Positions 8,809 to 16,951 of a stretch of DNA of 62,402 nucleotides are shown here, in pieces (within the stretch, counting starts at the first letter, position 1; every line of letters begins with the position of its first letter). Source of the stretch: Candidatus Doudnabacteria bacterium (GTDB lineage: Bacteria; Patescibacteriota; Doudnabacteria; UBA920); NCBI GenBank assembly GCA_016218585.1, contig JACRDK010000013.1, positions 1 through 62,402 of the forward strand, read 5' to 3'. The position numbers were made by a program, and so were the translations under genes. Below the pieces are notes generated by a model. It made no database searches, had not been told where the DNA came from, and was given only the letters and a program-made list of their open reading frames with translations.

Positions 8809-10245
8809 TTACTTATTTTGACCTAAAATCACGATAATATCAACCTTGCTCTTATCTATTTTTACTCCCGGCGGCGGCAGGCTTACTTCGGTGGCATTGA
8901 GGTTGTTGGCAATGTAGTCGGCAGTTGCCGGCTTAGGATTGAGCACATAGTAAACATTTTTGTTTAAAGGCTGTCCGCCATAGCCCACTTCCCACACAGT
9001 TAGTCCCGCTTCTTTCAGTTTTTTGTCGGCTTGCTGGTAGCTGGTGCGGTCGTTGCTGGAAGTGCCAAGCCAAATGGTACTTTTTTCTTCATAAAGTTTT
9101 CCAATAGAGAAAACATTTTTAAAGAAGTTTTTTATGTCGTCCGGAGTTTTGCCGTCGCAGGGCATTAACACGTAAGCGCCGTTGCTTTCCAAAATTTTGG
9201 GACAGATTAAAGAAGTTGAAGGGTCTAAGCTTACAGAAACAAAAGTTTTTATGTCATTTTGTTTAACTAAATTAAACAAGCGAAAAATTTCTCCGGGGCT
9301 GATGTTGGTGTGAAAATGGTTGGCAAAAGTATCGAGCAGGGAATTGATGGTTCCGGCATTAGAAATCAAATTCAAGCTTAAAACTTTTTCTTTGAAAGCG
9401 GAAATAATTTTTTGCTGGCGGGCGGAGCGAGCAAAGTCTGAACCCTCGGGCCCGGCGGCATGGCGCGAGCGGGCAAATTGCAGGGCGCGGGTGCCGCCCA
9501 TATGCTCAAAACCTTCGGTAAAAGTAATGGCCGGCAAGTAGCCAATGCCGCTGTCGGGGTAAGTGTAATCGGTAAAGGTTCGGTCAATATGAACATCAAC
9601 TCCGCCGACCTGGTTAATAGCTTTTTCAAAACCGGCAAAATCTATTACTGCAAAGTAGGGGATTTTTTGTCCGGAAATATTTTCAACCACTTGTCTGGCC
9701 CATTTGCCTGCTTCGTTCCAGTCTTTATTTTTATTAAAGCCTAAAGCGAAAGATGCGTTTATTTTTTGGTCGCCTGCGTTCTCCGGCAGGGTTACCAAAT
9801 AGTCGCGGGGAATGGCCACTAAAGAGACTTGTCCGATATCAGGGCGAATTTCCGCCAGAATCATAGTGTCTGATAGGTATGGGCCGTCGTGGCCTTCGCC
9901 ACCAATGCCAAGCAGAAGAATATTAATCTGCCCCATATCTTCCCCGACCAGCTTAACATTATCTCCGCCGCCCCTTATGGCATCGCGAATTTTAGCAAAG
10001 AAGCTGGTTTTGGTGCCGACAAAGATTTTATCGGTTAAATTGGCCGCTCTAATGGCAACAATGCCGCCAAGCAAAATTATTACCATCACAATCAGGATGG
10101 TAAATTTTTTTAGCCACGATCCGCGGCGCTTTTCTTTTTTAACCGTCAGCAAGTTTACTTTTTCCGCAACTGGTGGAGTATCCGACACGGTAACTTGGGG
10201 AGTTTTTGGCGTAAATCCGCGGTTAGCTGAATCTAAATTTTTCAT
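8809..10245 (-). CDS. LytR-CpsA-Psr (LCP) family protein
   Basis: 478 aa with an N-terminal TM and an LCP core (ILLLGIGGEGHDGPYLSDTMILAEI, IPRDY). Confidence 0.85.
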   Translation of the reverse strand: MKNLDSANRGFTPKTPQVTVSDTPPVAEKVNLLTVKKEKRRGSWLKKFTILIVMVIILLGGIVAIRAANLTDKIFVGTKTSFFAKIRDAIRGGGDNVKLVGEDMGQINILLLGIGGEGHDGPYLSDTMILAEIRPDIGQVSLVAIPRDYLVTLPENAGDQKINASFALGFNKNKDWNEAGKWARQVVENISGQKIPYFAVIDFAGFEKAINQVGGVDVHIDRTFTDYTYPDSGIGYLPAITFTEGFEHMGGTRALQFARSRHAAGPEGSDFARSARQQKIISAFKEKVLSLNLISNAGTINSLLDTFANHFHTNISPGEIFRLFNLVKQNDIKTFVSVSLDPSTSLICPKILESNGAYVLMPCDGKTPDDIKNFFKNVFSIGKLYEEKSTIWLGTSSNDRTSYQQADKKLKEAGLTVWEVGYGGQPLNKNVYYVLNPKPATADYIANNLNATEVSLPPPGVKIDKSKVDIIVILGQNK

Positions 10246-10424
10246 AAGAAGTTAAAAATTCAAAATTGGCTTAAACTGACTGAAATTGCAGGCAAAAATG
10301 TTCTACGCAGTAGTCATATTATACCGAAAAAAATGGAATAAGTTAAGGCTTGTTCTCAGCCTCTTGCCATAGCTCTGAAAACAATGCTATATTTCACCCA
10401 GCAACGCTTAAATTGAGGTTTTTG

Positions 10425-10486
10425 GACCCGTAGCTCAGCTGGTTAGAGCCTGCCTGCCGGCAGGCAGGCGTTGCATTCACAATTGT
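10425..10486 (+). other. tRNA-like 5-prime half (acceptor, D arm, Val-type anticodon loop) interrupted by a 22-bp palindrome
   Basis: ggacccg-ta-gctcagctggttagagc matches the D-arm region of tRNA-Val downstream. gttgcattcaca is identical to its anticodon stem-loop. No T arm follows. Confidence 0.5.
10448..10469. repeat. GCCTGCCTGCCGGCAGGCAGGC perfect 22-bp palindrome
   Basis: Perfect dyad. The same family occurs at 26851-26870 and 44246-44267, with degenerate halves at 10488, 10639, 36101 and 37709. Confidence 0.9.
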
Positions 10487-10539
10487 CTACCTGCCTTACC
10501 AAGAGAATTTATTAAAGTGTTTATATATTTGCTAAGTCA

Positions 10540-10616
10540 GGGCATTTAGCTCAGCTGGTTAGAGCGTTGCATTCACATTGCAAAGGTCGCAGGTTCGAAT
10601 CCTGCAATGCCCACCA
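10540..10616 (+). tRNA. tRNA-Val (anticodon CAC), CCA encoded
   Basis: Cloverleaf read by hand: acceptor GGGCATT/AATGCCC, D arm GCTC..GAGC, anticodon stem TTGCA/TGCAA with loop TTCACAT, T arm GCAGG-TTCGAAT-CCTGC, then ACCA. Confidence 0.9.
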
Positions 10617-10663
10617 TTTTAAAATTTTATCAAGGCGAGCCTGGCAGGCAGGCAAGTTCGAAA

Positions 10664-10699
10664 GGTCATCCCGATTCAGAATCGGGATCGGGTCCACCA
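10664..10699 (+). other. tRNA-like 3-prime half (variable loop, aberrant T arm, acceptor, CCA) complementary to 10425-10431
   Basis: aggtc-atcccga-ttcagaa-tcgggat-cgggtcc-a-cca. cgggtcc pairs perfectly with ggacccg at 10425. The T stem is 7 bp, which is non-canonical. Confidence 0.5.
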
Positions 10700-10886
10700 T
10701 TTAAAAGTCCGGTCAGGCGGGTTTGGAAGGTTGCCCTGTTTAGGAGAGTTGCAATCGGAACATCCAATAATCATAGGCCGGAATAAAATTTTGCCGCTAA
10801 CAGAAATTGTGCTAGAATAATCCAACCTCGCTAATTTTTTCAATATTTTTTATAACTTTTCGAAAAATTATCATCTAATCATATTT

Positions 10887-11489
10887 ATGGAAAACGACCA
10901 AAACAAAAATGAAAACAACAAGGATAGCGATTCATCTTTAAAGTCTGTCGGAGCGTTTATTTGGGATTTAATTAAAATCTTAATAATCGCTTTAGTTATT
11001 ATTGTTCCGTTCCGGATGTTTATTGCCGAACCTTTCGTGGTTTCGGGTTCTTCAATGCAGCCGAATTTTCATAACCATGACTATTTAATTATTGACAGGC
11101 TGTCCTATTTAAGAAGCCAGCCTCAGCGCGGAGATGTTATTGTTTTAAAATTTCCCAAAGACACTTCGCAGTTTTTTATAAAAAGAATTATTGGCCTGCC
11201 TGGAGAAACAGTTAAGGTTGGGCAGGGTTTCGTGACTATTTATAACACCGAGCACCCGGAAGGAATGCGGATTACCGAAAGTTATTTGCCAAATCAGTCG
11301 GAAACTTTTGGGAAAACAGATCCTGTAGTGCTTGGCAGCGATGAATACTTTGTGTTGGGGGACAATAGAACCGCCAGTTCCGATTCCCGAGTTTGGGGCA
11401 TATTGCCAAAAGACGACATTGTGGGAAAAGTTTGGGCCAGGGTTTATCCTCCTAGTTCCGCCGGATTTTTTCAAACACCGAGTTATTAA
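10887..11489 (+). CDS. lepB: Signal peptidase I
   Basis: 200 aa with a TM, catalytic Ser box (SGSSMQPN), Lys box (FIKRIIGLPGE) and GDNRTASSDSR. Confidence 0.92.
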   Translation: MENDQNKNENNKDSDSSLKSVGAFIWDLIKILIIALVIIVPFRMFIAEPFVVSGSSMQPNFHNHDYLIIDRLSYLRSQPQRGDVIVLKFPKDTSQFFIKRIIGLPGETVKVGQGFVTIYNTEHPEGMRITESYLPNQSETFGKTDPVVLGSDEYFVLGDNRTASSDSRVWGILPKDDIVGKVWARVYPPSSAGFFQTPSY

Positions 11490-11492
11490 TCT

Positions 11493-11585
11493 TAATTAAG
11501 CAGCAAGTTTATAAATTTATTAGTCCACCAAGCGGGGTATTAACTTTATAACTTGATAGACTTTACAAACTTATAACTTATTTTT
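11493..11585 (+). repeat. Roughly 90-bp spacer/leader repeat, copy 1 (upstream of the hisS-like gene)
   Basis: About 85 percent identical by eye to 12892-12983. The shared core is taactttataacttgatagactttayaaac-ttataact. Confidence 0.8.
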
Positions 11586-12884
11586 ATGGGCAGACCAAGA
11601 AAAAATCAAACCACAAGCGGCGCTTATGTGCCAAAAAAAGTCCAAGGATTGCCGGAGCAGGAAGATATTTTATCTGAAACCGACGGTCTGTGGTCTGCCG
11701 TATTGAAACGGTTTAATAAACTTTGCCGCGTATACGGTTTTGAGCGGGTAGAGCCTCCGCTGCTGGAGGATGTCAGGCTGTATGAGCAATTTTATAAAAA
11801 CAGCCCAAAGTTAGTGCAGCAAACTTTACAGGTTTCTATGCCCGGTAAAAGCTTGGCTCTAAGGGGCAATTTATTGCCGGGCGTGTTGCGCGCTTATTAT
11901 CAGCAAAAAGTTTATGACAAATCCCAACTAAGCAAGTGGGCGTTTAGCGGTTTTACCGTAAGCCAAAACGCGGCATCGGAGCTGCAGTCTGATTTTAGTT
12001 TTGGGTTTGAAGTGTTTGGCGCTTTTAATCATTTAACCGAAGCGCAGGTGGTCGGTTCCGTATGGGAATTTTTACAGAGTTTGGGGTTAAAAGATTCAAT
12101 TTTGGAAATAAACCACATTGGCAAAGAAGAATGCCAGGTGGCATATAGCCAGAGCCTGCAGGATTTTTTGGTAGGAAAAAAATATCAGCTTTGCGATGAT
12201 TGCAATGAACATATGCAGGGAAGAGTGCTAAATGTCCTCCGCTGCAATAATTTAGATTGCCAAGCCGTGCTTTCCGAAGCGCCGGCAATTTTAGATTTTT
12301 TAGATGAAGGGAGCCGCAAGCACTTTACCAGCATTTTGGAAGCCTTAGACGAATTAGGAATTCCTTACCAGCTTAATCCGCTTTATGCCGGCCCAGACGG
12401 CCACAGCAGAACTAATTTGGTAATTAAAACCAAATTTAAAGACGAAACTATTATAATAGGCGAAGGCGGTTACCATGAATCAATAATGCAGAACCTGTGC
12501 GGAAAAAATTATTGCTGTTTTGGTTTTTCCGGCAGTCTTTCCAAAGTTCGCCAGCTGCTCGAGGCTAACAAAATTACCGCGGCCAGAGAAATAAAGAATG
12601 ATGTTTTTTTGGTTCCTTTGGGCGAATTGGCCGCTAAAAAGAGCCTGCGTTTGTTTCGCGATTTAACCGTGGAAAAAATTTCTGTTTACGACCATTTTGG
12701 CAATGCCGGGGTAAAGAATCAGCTAAAAGCCGCGGAGACCTATCATTCCCCACTAGCTTTAATTATGGGGCAGAAAGAAGCTATGGACGAGATGGTTATT
12801 TTGCGCGATGTGAAGTCCGGGATGCAGGAAATTATTTCTTATGATAAAATAGTACAAGAAGTAAAAAAACGGCTTGGCCGCTAG
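11586..12884 (+). CDS. Histidyl-tRNA synthetase-like protein with degenerate class II catalytic motifs
   Basis: 432 aa with a HisRS-like fold, CxxC insertion (LCDDCNEH..LRCNNLDC) and a C-terminal anticodon-binding-like domain. The motif 2 and motif 3 arginines appear to be replaced (FTVSQNAASELQSDFSFGFEVFG; GEGGYHES). Confidence 0.6.
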   Translation: MGRPRKNQTTSGAYVPKKVQGLPEQEDILSETDGLWSAVLKRFNKLCRVYGFERVEPPLLEDVRLYEQFYKNSPKLVQQTLQVSMPGKSLALRGNLLPGVLRAYYQQKVYDKSQLSKWAFSGFTVSQNAASELQSDFSFGFEVFGAFNHLTEAQVVGSVWEFLQSLGLKDSILEINHIGKEECQVAYSQSLQDFLVGKKYQLCDDCNEHMQGRVLNVLRCNNLDCQAVLSEAPAILDFLDEGSRKHFTSILEALDELGIPYQLNPLYAGPDGHSRTNLVIKTKFKDETIIIGEGGYHESIMQNLCGKNYCCFGFSGSLSKVRQLLEANKITAAREIKNDVFLVPLGELAAKKSLRLFRDLTVEKISVYDHFGNAGVKNQLKAAETYHSPLALIMGQKEAMDEMVILRDVKSGMQEIISYDKIVQEVKKRLGR

Positions 12885-12891
12885 CCCAAGC

Positions 12892-12983
12892 AAGTAAAAA
12901 GTTTTTAAAGTTATCAAGTCCATCAAGTGGGTGCAATAACTTTATAACTTGATAGACTTTATAAACCTTATAACTCATTTTTT
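12892..12983 (+). repeat. Roughly 90-bp spacer/leader repeat, copy 2 (upstream of the HIT gene)
   Basis: See 11493-11585. Confidence 0.8.
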
Positions 12984-13319
12984 ATGGACGATTGCGTATT
13001 TTGCAACATCATCAACAAGACAATTGAAGCTCAAATTTTATTTGAAAATGAGCGCTTGGTTGTAATTAAAGACATTCTGCCCAAAGCCCCGGTACATTTG
13101 TTGATAATCCAAAAGAAGCATATTTTAAGCATTACCCACGTGGAAGCCCAAGACGAAGCTTTGGTAGGGGAAATGGTGGTAATTGCCAAAGAAATGGCTG
13201 TAAAGTACGGCGTTGGCGAAACCGGTTACAAATTAATTTTCAATGTTGGCCGCGATGGCGGACAGGTTATTCCTCATTTGCATTTGCACTTAATGGGCGG
13301 AAAGCAAATGGGAGAGTAG
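12984..13319 (+). CDS. HIT family (histidine triad) nucleotide hydrolase
   Basis: 111 aa with the C-terminal HLHLHLMGG histidine triad. Confidence 0.92.
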   Translation: MDDCVFCNIINKTIEAQILFENERLVVIKDILPKAPVHLLIIQKKHILSITHVEAQDEALVGEMVVIAKEMAVKYGVGETGYKLIFNVGRDGGQVIPHLHLHLMGGKQMGE

Positions 13320-13365
13320 GAAAATATAAGATTTAGGAATTAGGAATAACGAATTAGGAATAAAA

Positions 13366-13403
13366 ATTATGGATTAACCTCTCGGTTAACCCATAATTTT
13401 TTT
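13366..13403 (+). terminator. Rho-independent terminator after the HIT gene
   Basis: attatggattaacc-tctc-ggttaacccataat followed by T7. Confidence 0.8.
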
Positions 13404-13463
13404 AATATTTGCAAAAACCGGCGGAGTTTGTTATAATTAGCACATCTTATTTATGAAAGGAGA

Positions 13464-13712
13464 GTGAGTGTTTTGGTAGAAGTCAAGAAAAAAGACAATG
13501 AATCGTTTGATAGCTTACTGCGCCGTTTCAACCGCAAAATTCAGCAAAGCGGCGTACTTATTCGTGCCCGCAGAATTCGCTTTTTTGAACCTCCGAAGTC
13601 CCGCAATTTGCAAAAAGTTGCAGCTCGCAGAAGAACTCAAATAAGAGCTCAAAAAGAAGAATTAAAGCGTATGGGCAAGCCCGTTGCGCCTAAGCGTTTT
13701 GGAAGAAGATAG
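13464..13712 (+). CDS. rpsU: 30S ribosomal protein S21
   Basis: 82 aa, basic; ESFDSLLRRFNRKIQQSGVL..RR.FFEPPK is the S21 signature. The start is a GTG next to aaggagag; an in-frame TTG at 13473 is an alternative. Confidence 0.9.
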   Translation: MSVLVEVKKKDNESFDSLLRRFNRKIQQSGVLIRARRIRFFEPPKSRNLQKVAARRRTQIRAQKEELKRMGKPVAPKRFGRR

Positions 13713-13795
13713 CTAAAATATTGAAGTATGAATCAGGAATTATGAATCTGGGGAACCTTAATTCGTAATTCTTGATTCCTAATTCTCGAAAAGAT

Positions 13796-14239
13796 ATGAT
13801 TTCCTTATCGCAAATTGAACAAGATTTAGTGTCGGCCATGAAGGCTAAAGAGCAGGTGGCTGTGGAAGTTTTGCGCGGTTTAAAAACCAGAATTCAGAAT
13901 GAAAAAGTGGCTAAAACCAAAGCCGAACTTGATGAGGCGGAAATATTGGCTTTAGTAAGAAATGAAGTTAAAAGAAGAAAAGATTCCGCTGAAGCTTTTG
14001 TCTCGGGAGGCAGGCAAGAATTGGCTGACAAAGAGCTTATGGAAGCAAAAATTTTGGAAAAATACCTGCCGGCGGCAATGCCAGAAGAAGATATCGCTAA
14101 GATCGCGGAAGAAATTATTGCCGCAAACAGTTTTACTGCAGCCGATTTCGGCAAAGCAATGGGCCAATTAAAAGCTAAAATTGGCACTGCTGCCGAAGGC
14201 GCTATTATGGCAAAGGTTTTAAAAGAAAAACTAAAATAG
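13796..14239 (+). CDS. GatB/YqeY domain protein
   Basis: ATG at 13796. ISLSQIEQDLVSAMKAKE..LRGLK..I.NEKV is typical of YqeY. The rpsU-yqeY pairing is a common arrangement. Confidence 0.85.
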   Translation: MISLSQIEQDLVSAMKAKEQVAVEVLRGLKTRIQNEKVAKTKAELDEAEILALVRNEVKRRKDSAEAFVSGGRQELADKELMEAKILEKYLPAAMPEEDIAKIAEEIIAANSFTAADFGKAMGQLKAKIGTAAEGAIMAKVLKEKLK

Positions 14240-14240
14240 T

Positions 14241-14338
14241 ACCGCGGAAAGGACGCGGAACTTCACGCGGAATAGCGCGGAAGTTTAGATTAACTTATAG
14301 GTGCGGATTTTCCGCGATTTTCCGCGTTAGATTCCGTG
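14241..14338. repeat. Word-repeat hairpin spacer (CGCGGAA x4, then TTCCGCG x2)
   Basis: ccgcggaaaggacgcggaacttcacgcggaatagcgcggaag ... ttttccgcgattttccgcg. The same word occurs inside tkt at 56660-56690 and 56809-56845. Confidence 0.8.
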
Positions 14339-14349
14339 TCATTCAGCGT

Positions 14350-15600
14350 ATGAGCAAAGAACAATACATTGTCGGTTTAGATATAGGAACAGCCTGTGTA
14401 CGCGTGGTGCAAGCAAAACTTGACCAGGCCACAGGCAGTTTTAGTGTTATTGGGGCCAGTGAAGTGGCTTCTTCAGGCATGCGCCGCGGCGTAGTGGTTG
14501 ATATTGAGGAATCAGTTTCCGCAATTTCCAGCGCTTTGGAAAAAGTAGAAAGAATGACCGGCGTGCCCGTGGCTTCGGCCAATATTTCCGTTGGCGGAAA
14601 TCACATTTCTTCAATTTCCTCCCATGGCGTGATTGCCGTTTCCAGGGCAGACGGTGAAATTACCGAGAATGATATTATTCGCTGTATTGATGCCAGCCAG
14701 GCAATTTCCATTCCGCAAAATAAGGAAGTTTTACATGTGTTTCCAAAAACTTTTACGCTGGACGGACAAACCGGAATTAAAGATCCTCTCGGAATGACAG
14801 GGATTAGGCTGGAAGTGGACACCATTATTGTTCAGGCTGGGTTGCCGTTTGTGAAAAATCTTTCCCGTTCAGTAATGCAGGCGGGTTTGGAAATTGATGA
14901 TATGGTTTTAGCTCCCTGCGCCGCCGCTGAGAGTGTATTGAACAAGCGCCAAAAAGATTTGGGTGTTTGTTTGGTAGACTTAGGAGCCGGCACAACTTCA
15001 ATTGCCGTTTATGAGGAAGGCGATCTTCTTCATACCGTGGTTTTGCCGATTGGCAGTATGCATATTACTAACGACATTGCCATTGGCTTAAGGTGCAGCA
15101 TAGAAACCGCAGAAAAGGTTAAATTGCTTTATGGACACAGCGACCCGAAAGCCATAGATAAAGACGAAGAAATAGATTTGTCTAAACTAGACCCGAGCGA
15201 AGATCAGGCAACTTCCCGCGCTTACGTTGCGGAAATTATTGAAGCCCGTTTGGAAGAAATTTTTCGCCATGTTAACAGTGAACTTAAAAAAATTCAGCGC
15301 GACGGCAAGTTGCCATCCGGCATTGTCTTAACCGGCGGGGGATCGAAACTTCCGGGAACTGTGGAATTTGCAAAAAAACATTTGCACTTACCAACAGTAA
15401 TGGGACGGCCTCAGAATGTTAGCACTGTAATTGACCGCGTAGACGATCCAAATTTTGCTACCGCAGTTGGGCTTATTCTTTGGGGAGGCAAATTCTCCAG
15501 CGGTGGAGGAAATGCCCAGCTAGGAAGCATGGTAAAAAGCTTTATGAGTAACGAAAATGTGGCTAAATTAAGAAAATGGCTTAAATCATTTTTACCTTAG
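14350..15600 (+). CDS. ftsA: Cell division protein FtsA
   Basis: 416 aa with an actin-like ATPase fold (VGLDIGT, DLGAGTT, LTGGGS) and a C-terminal amphipathic tail. Confidence 0.95.
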   Translation: MSKEQYIVGLDIGTACVRVVQAKLDQATGSFSVIGASEVASSGMRRGVVVDIEESVSAISSALEKVERMTGVPVASANISVGGNHISSISSHGVIAVSRADGEITENDIIRCIDASQAISIPQNKEVLHVFPKTFTLDGQTGIKDPLGMTGIRLEVDTIIVQAGLPFVKNLSRSVMQAGLEIDDMVLAPCAAAESVLNKRQKDLGVCLVDLGAGTTSIAVYEEGDLLHTVVLPIGSMHITNDIAIGLRCSIETAEKVKLLYGHSDPKAIDKDEEIDLSKLDPSEDQATSRAYVAEIIEARLEEIFRHVNSELKKIQRDGKLPSGIVLTGGGSKLPGTVEFAKKHLHLPTVMGRPQNVSTVIDRVDDPNFATAVGLILWGGKFSSGGGNAQLGSMVKSFMSNENVAKLRKWLKSFLP

Positions 15601-15631
15601 TCCTTCTATAATTATAATTGTGTTTTTTATT

Positions 15632-15657
15632 AAAACCCCTTAAGTTAGGGGTTTTTT
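15632..15657 (+). terminator. Rho-independent terminator after ftsA
   Basis: aaaacccct-taagtt-aggggtttttt. Confidence 0.85.
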
Positions 15658-15669
15658 AATTAAAAAGGC

Positions 15670-15698
15670 TTGCCAAAATGCAATTTTTTTGGTACTAT
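15670..15698 (+). promoter_or_regulatory. Sigma-70-like promoter (TTGCCA-17-TACTAT) for island gene A
   Basis: Hexamers with an exact 17-nt spacer, in AT-rich host-like sequence about 100 nt upstream of 15802. Confidence 0.55.
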
Positions 15699-15801
15699 AT
15701 AAAGTCAAAATTAGCTCTTAGTTTTGTTTCGGGTTTTAATTATTAAAACCATTAACAAGGCTAAAAGTCTTGAGTCCAAAATTTCGTAGGAGGAATTTGA
15801 G

Positions 15802-16698
15802 ATGAGAAACCTGATGTTTGTCGCCATTGTGTTGATGGTGATGTTGCCTGTTTCTAACTGCTCGGCTCAGGAAAATGGAGCCGAACAGTTTGTGATGTTT
15901 GTGGCAGAACAAAACGGCGGCCTGATGGCCATGATGCAGGACAACGGGTATAGCCCGTGGCTCTACAGCCAGTTGAGCCGCGAGCCTGGGGGAGAGTTAC
16001 TATCGTGCGAGGAACAAAGCTTCGAGATTCGAAGCATTAGTCCCGGACAAAAGCTTTTCATGCAGAAGGGCGCCAAGGTGGACCGTGGACGTCTGTCTCA
16101 CTGCCTCGCAGTGGAGAACAGGCTGTTTGGCAAAACCAAAGGAGCGGTTTTACCCGCAACCTTGGCATCGAATTCTCCTGCGCCTAGCGTGCAGCCGCCT
16201 GTGTCCGCATCACCTGGGCCTTGCGAGGAAACGAAGGCGAAGGTTGTGTTCCTTGAGGTGTCCATTGACAACATCAACCAACAGCTCAAGGAGGCTCTGG
16301 CCGAGAACGACAAGTTAAAAGCTGAGCTTGGTAAAGCCAAGCAGCGGCAGAGTCATGGTGCGGAATCTGCAACTGATGGCCAAACCTTTTTTGCGGGTTG
16401 TGTGATAGCTGCAACTTTTTTCGGTCTGGTTGCTGTTGCGATTTCTGGGGTAAGCCTTTGGCGCAAGCAGCATTTTAGAACGTCGTGGGCAGCCGGAATA
16501 GAATACTGGCTCTTCGGTCCAGTATGCAGGCATTCGACCAAAGTAAAAAAGTGGCTGAGGTTGAGTTTTCAAATCAGCCCAGATTTACCCAGCACGACGG
16601 GACGAACTTTACTAGAGACCCATTCGGTCGGCAGACTTGCGGCCGAATGTGGTGCCTCGGTTTCTCCGGAACAGCCAACTGAAAAGGTGGCTGTGTGA
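15802..16698 (+). CDS. Bitopic envelope protein A: signal peptide, ecto-domain, Pro-rich linker, coiled coil, TM, cytoplasmic tail
   Basis: 298 aa. Strong SD (aggagg, 8 nt before ATG) and signal peptide MRNLMFVAIVLMVMLPVSNCSA. TM FFAGCVIAATFFGLVAVAISGV. G+C-richer than its neighbours. I recognise no family. Confidence 0.7.
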   Translation: MRNLMFVAIVLMVMLPVSNCSAQENGAEQFVMFVAEQNGGLMAMMQDNGYSPWLYSQLSREPGGELLSCEEQSFEIRSISPGQKLFMQKGAKVDRGRLSHCLAVENRLFGKTKGAVLPATLASNSPAPSVQPPVSASPGPCEETKAKVVFLEVSIDNINQQLKEALAENDKLKAELGKAKQRQSHGAESATDGQTFFAGCVIAATFFGLVAVAISGVSLWRKQHFRTSWAAGIEYWLFGPVCRHSTKVKKWLRLSFQISPDLPSTTGRTLLETHSVGRLAAECGASVSPEQPTEKVAV

Positions 16699-16706
16699 AT
16701 AGTTTC

Positions 16707-16799
16707 AACATCTAGCAGACTTGATTTAATGCACTGCCTCGCGTGGCCCTGCATTTAACAGGGTCTTGCCGATGGCATCAGAACAATCTTGTCTCAACA
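16707..16799 (+). repeat. 93-nt 3-prime-flank repeat, copy 1
   Basis: Differs from 19769-19860 by 2 substitutions and 1 indel. It contains the hairpin ggccctg-catttaa-cagggtc. Confidence 0.9.
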
Positions 16800-16884
16800 T
16801 ATGCAATGGTGGTTCTTTTGGAATTTTTTCCTAGGGAGCCGCTTTTTGTTTATAAAAAAATAACCCACAAATAATTTGGGGTAT

Positions 16885-16929
16885 AAAAAAAGCGAGGCAG
16901 GAAAAGTCCGGTTGGGACGATTCCTGCCT
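16885..16929 (-). terminator. Rho-independent terminator after the PEP-CTERM gene
   Basis: The minus strand reads aggcaggaa..ttcctgcct followed by cgcttttttt. Confidence 0.7.
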
Positions 16930-16951
16930 GCTGTTGCTGTAGTCCTGTGGA

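Noticed and set aside
10448-10469. The palindrome read as a tRNA-Arg(CCG)-like anticodon arm of the tRNA-like 5-prime half
   Set aside because: An even perfect palindrome gives a 6- or 8-nt loop, not 7. The sequence beyond it has no T arm, and identical palindromes occur in non-tRNA contexts.
10700-10800. SRP RNA candidate (GGUCAGG ... GGAAGG motifs after the tRNA locus)
   Set aside because: I could not build the helix 8 GNRA tetraloop, the symmetric loop or a closing 5-prime/3-prime helix. Only short chance-level matches were found. A covariance scan would settle it.
3831-14338. Could the word repeats be CRISPR arrays?
   Set aside because: The repeats are 6-10 nt, irregularly spaced and mixed direct/inverted. 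There are no unique 30-40-nt spacers and no cas genes. The PaaX-like Cas2-fold gene at 49569 has no array next to it.
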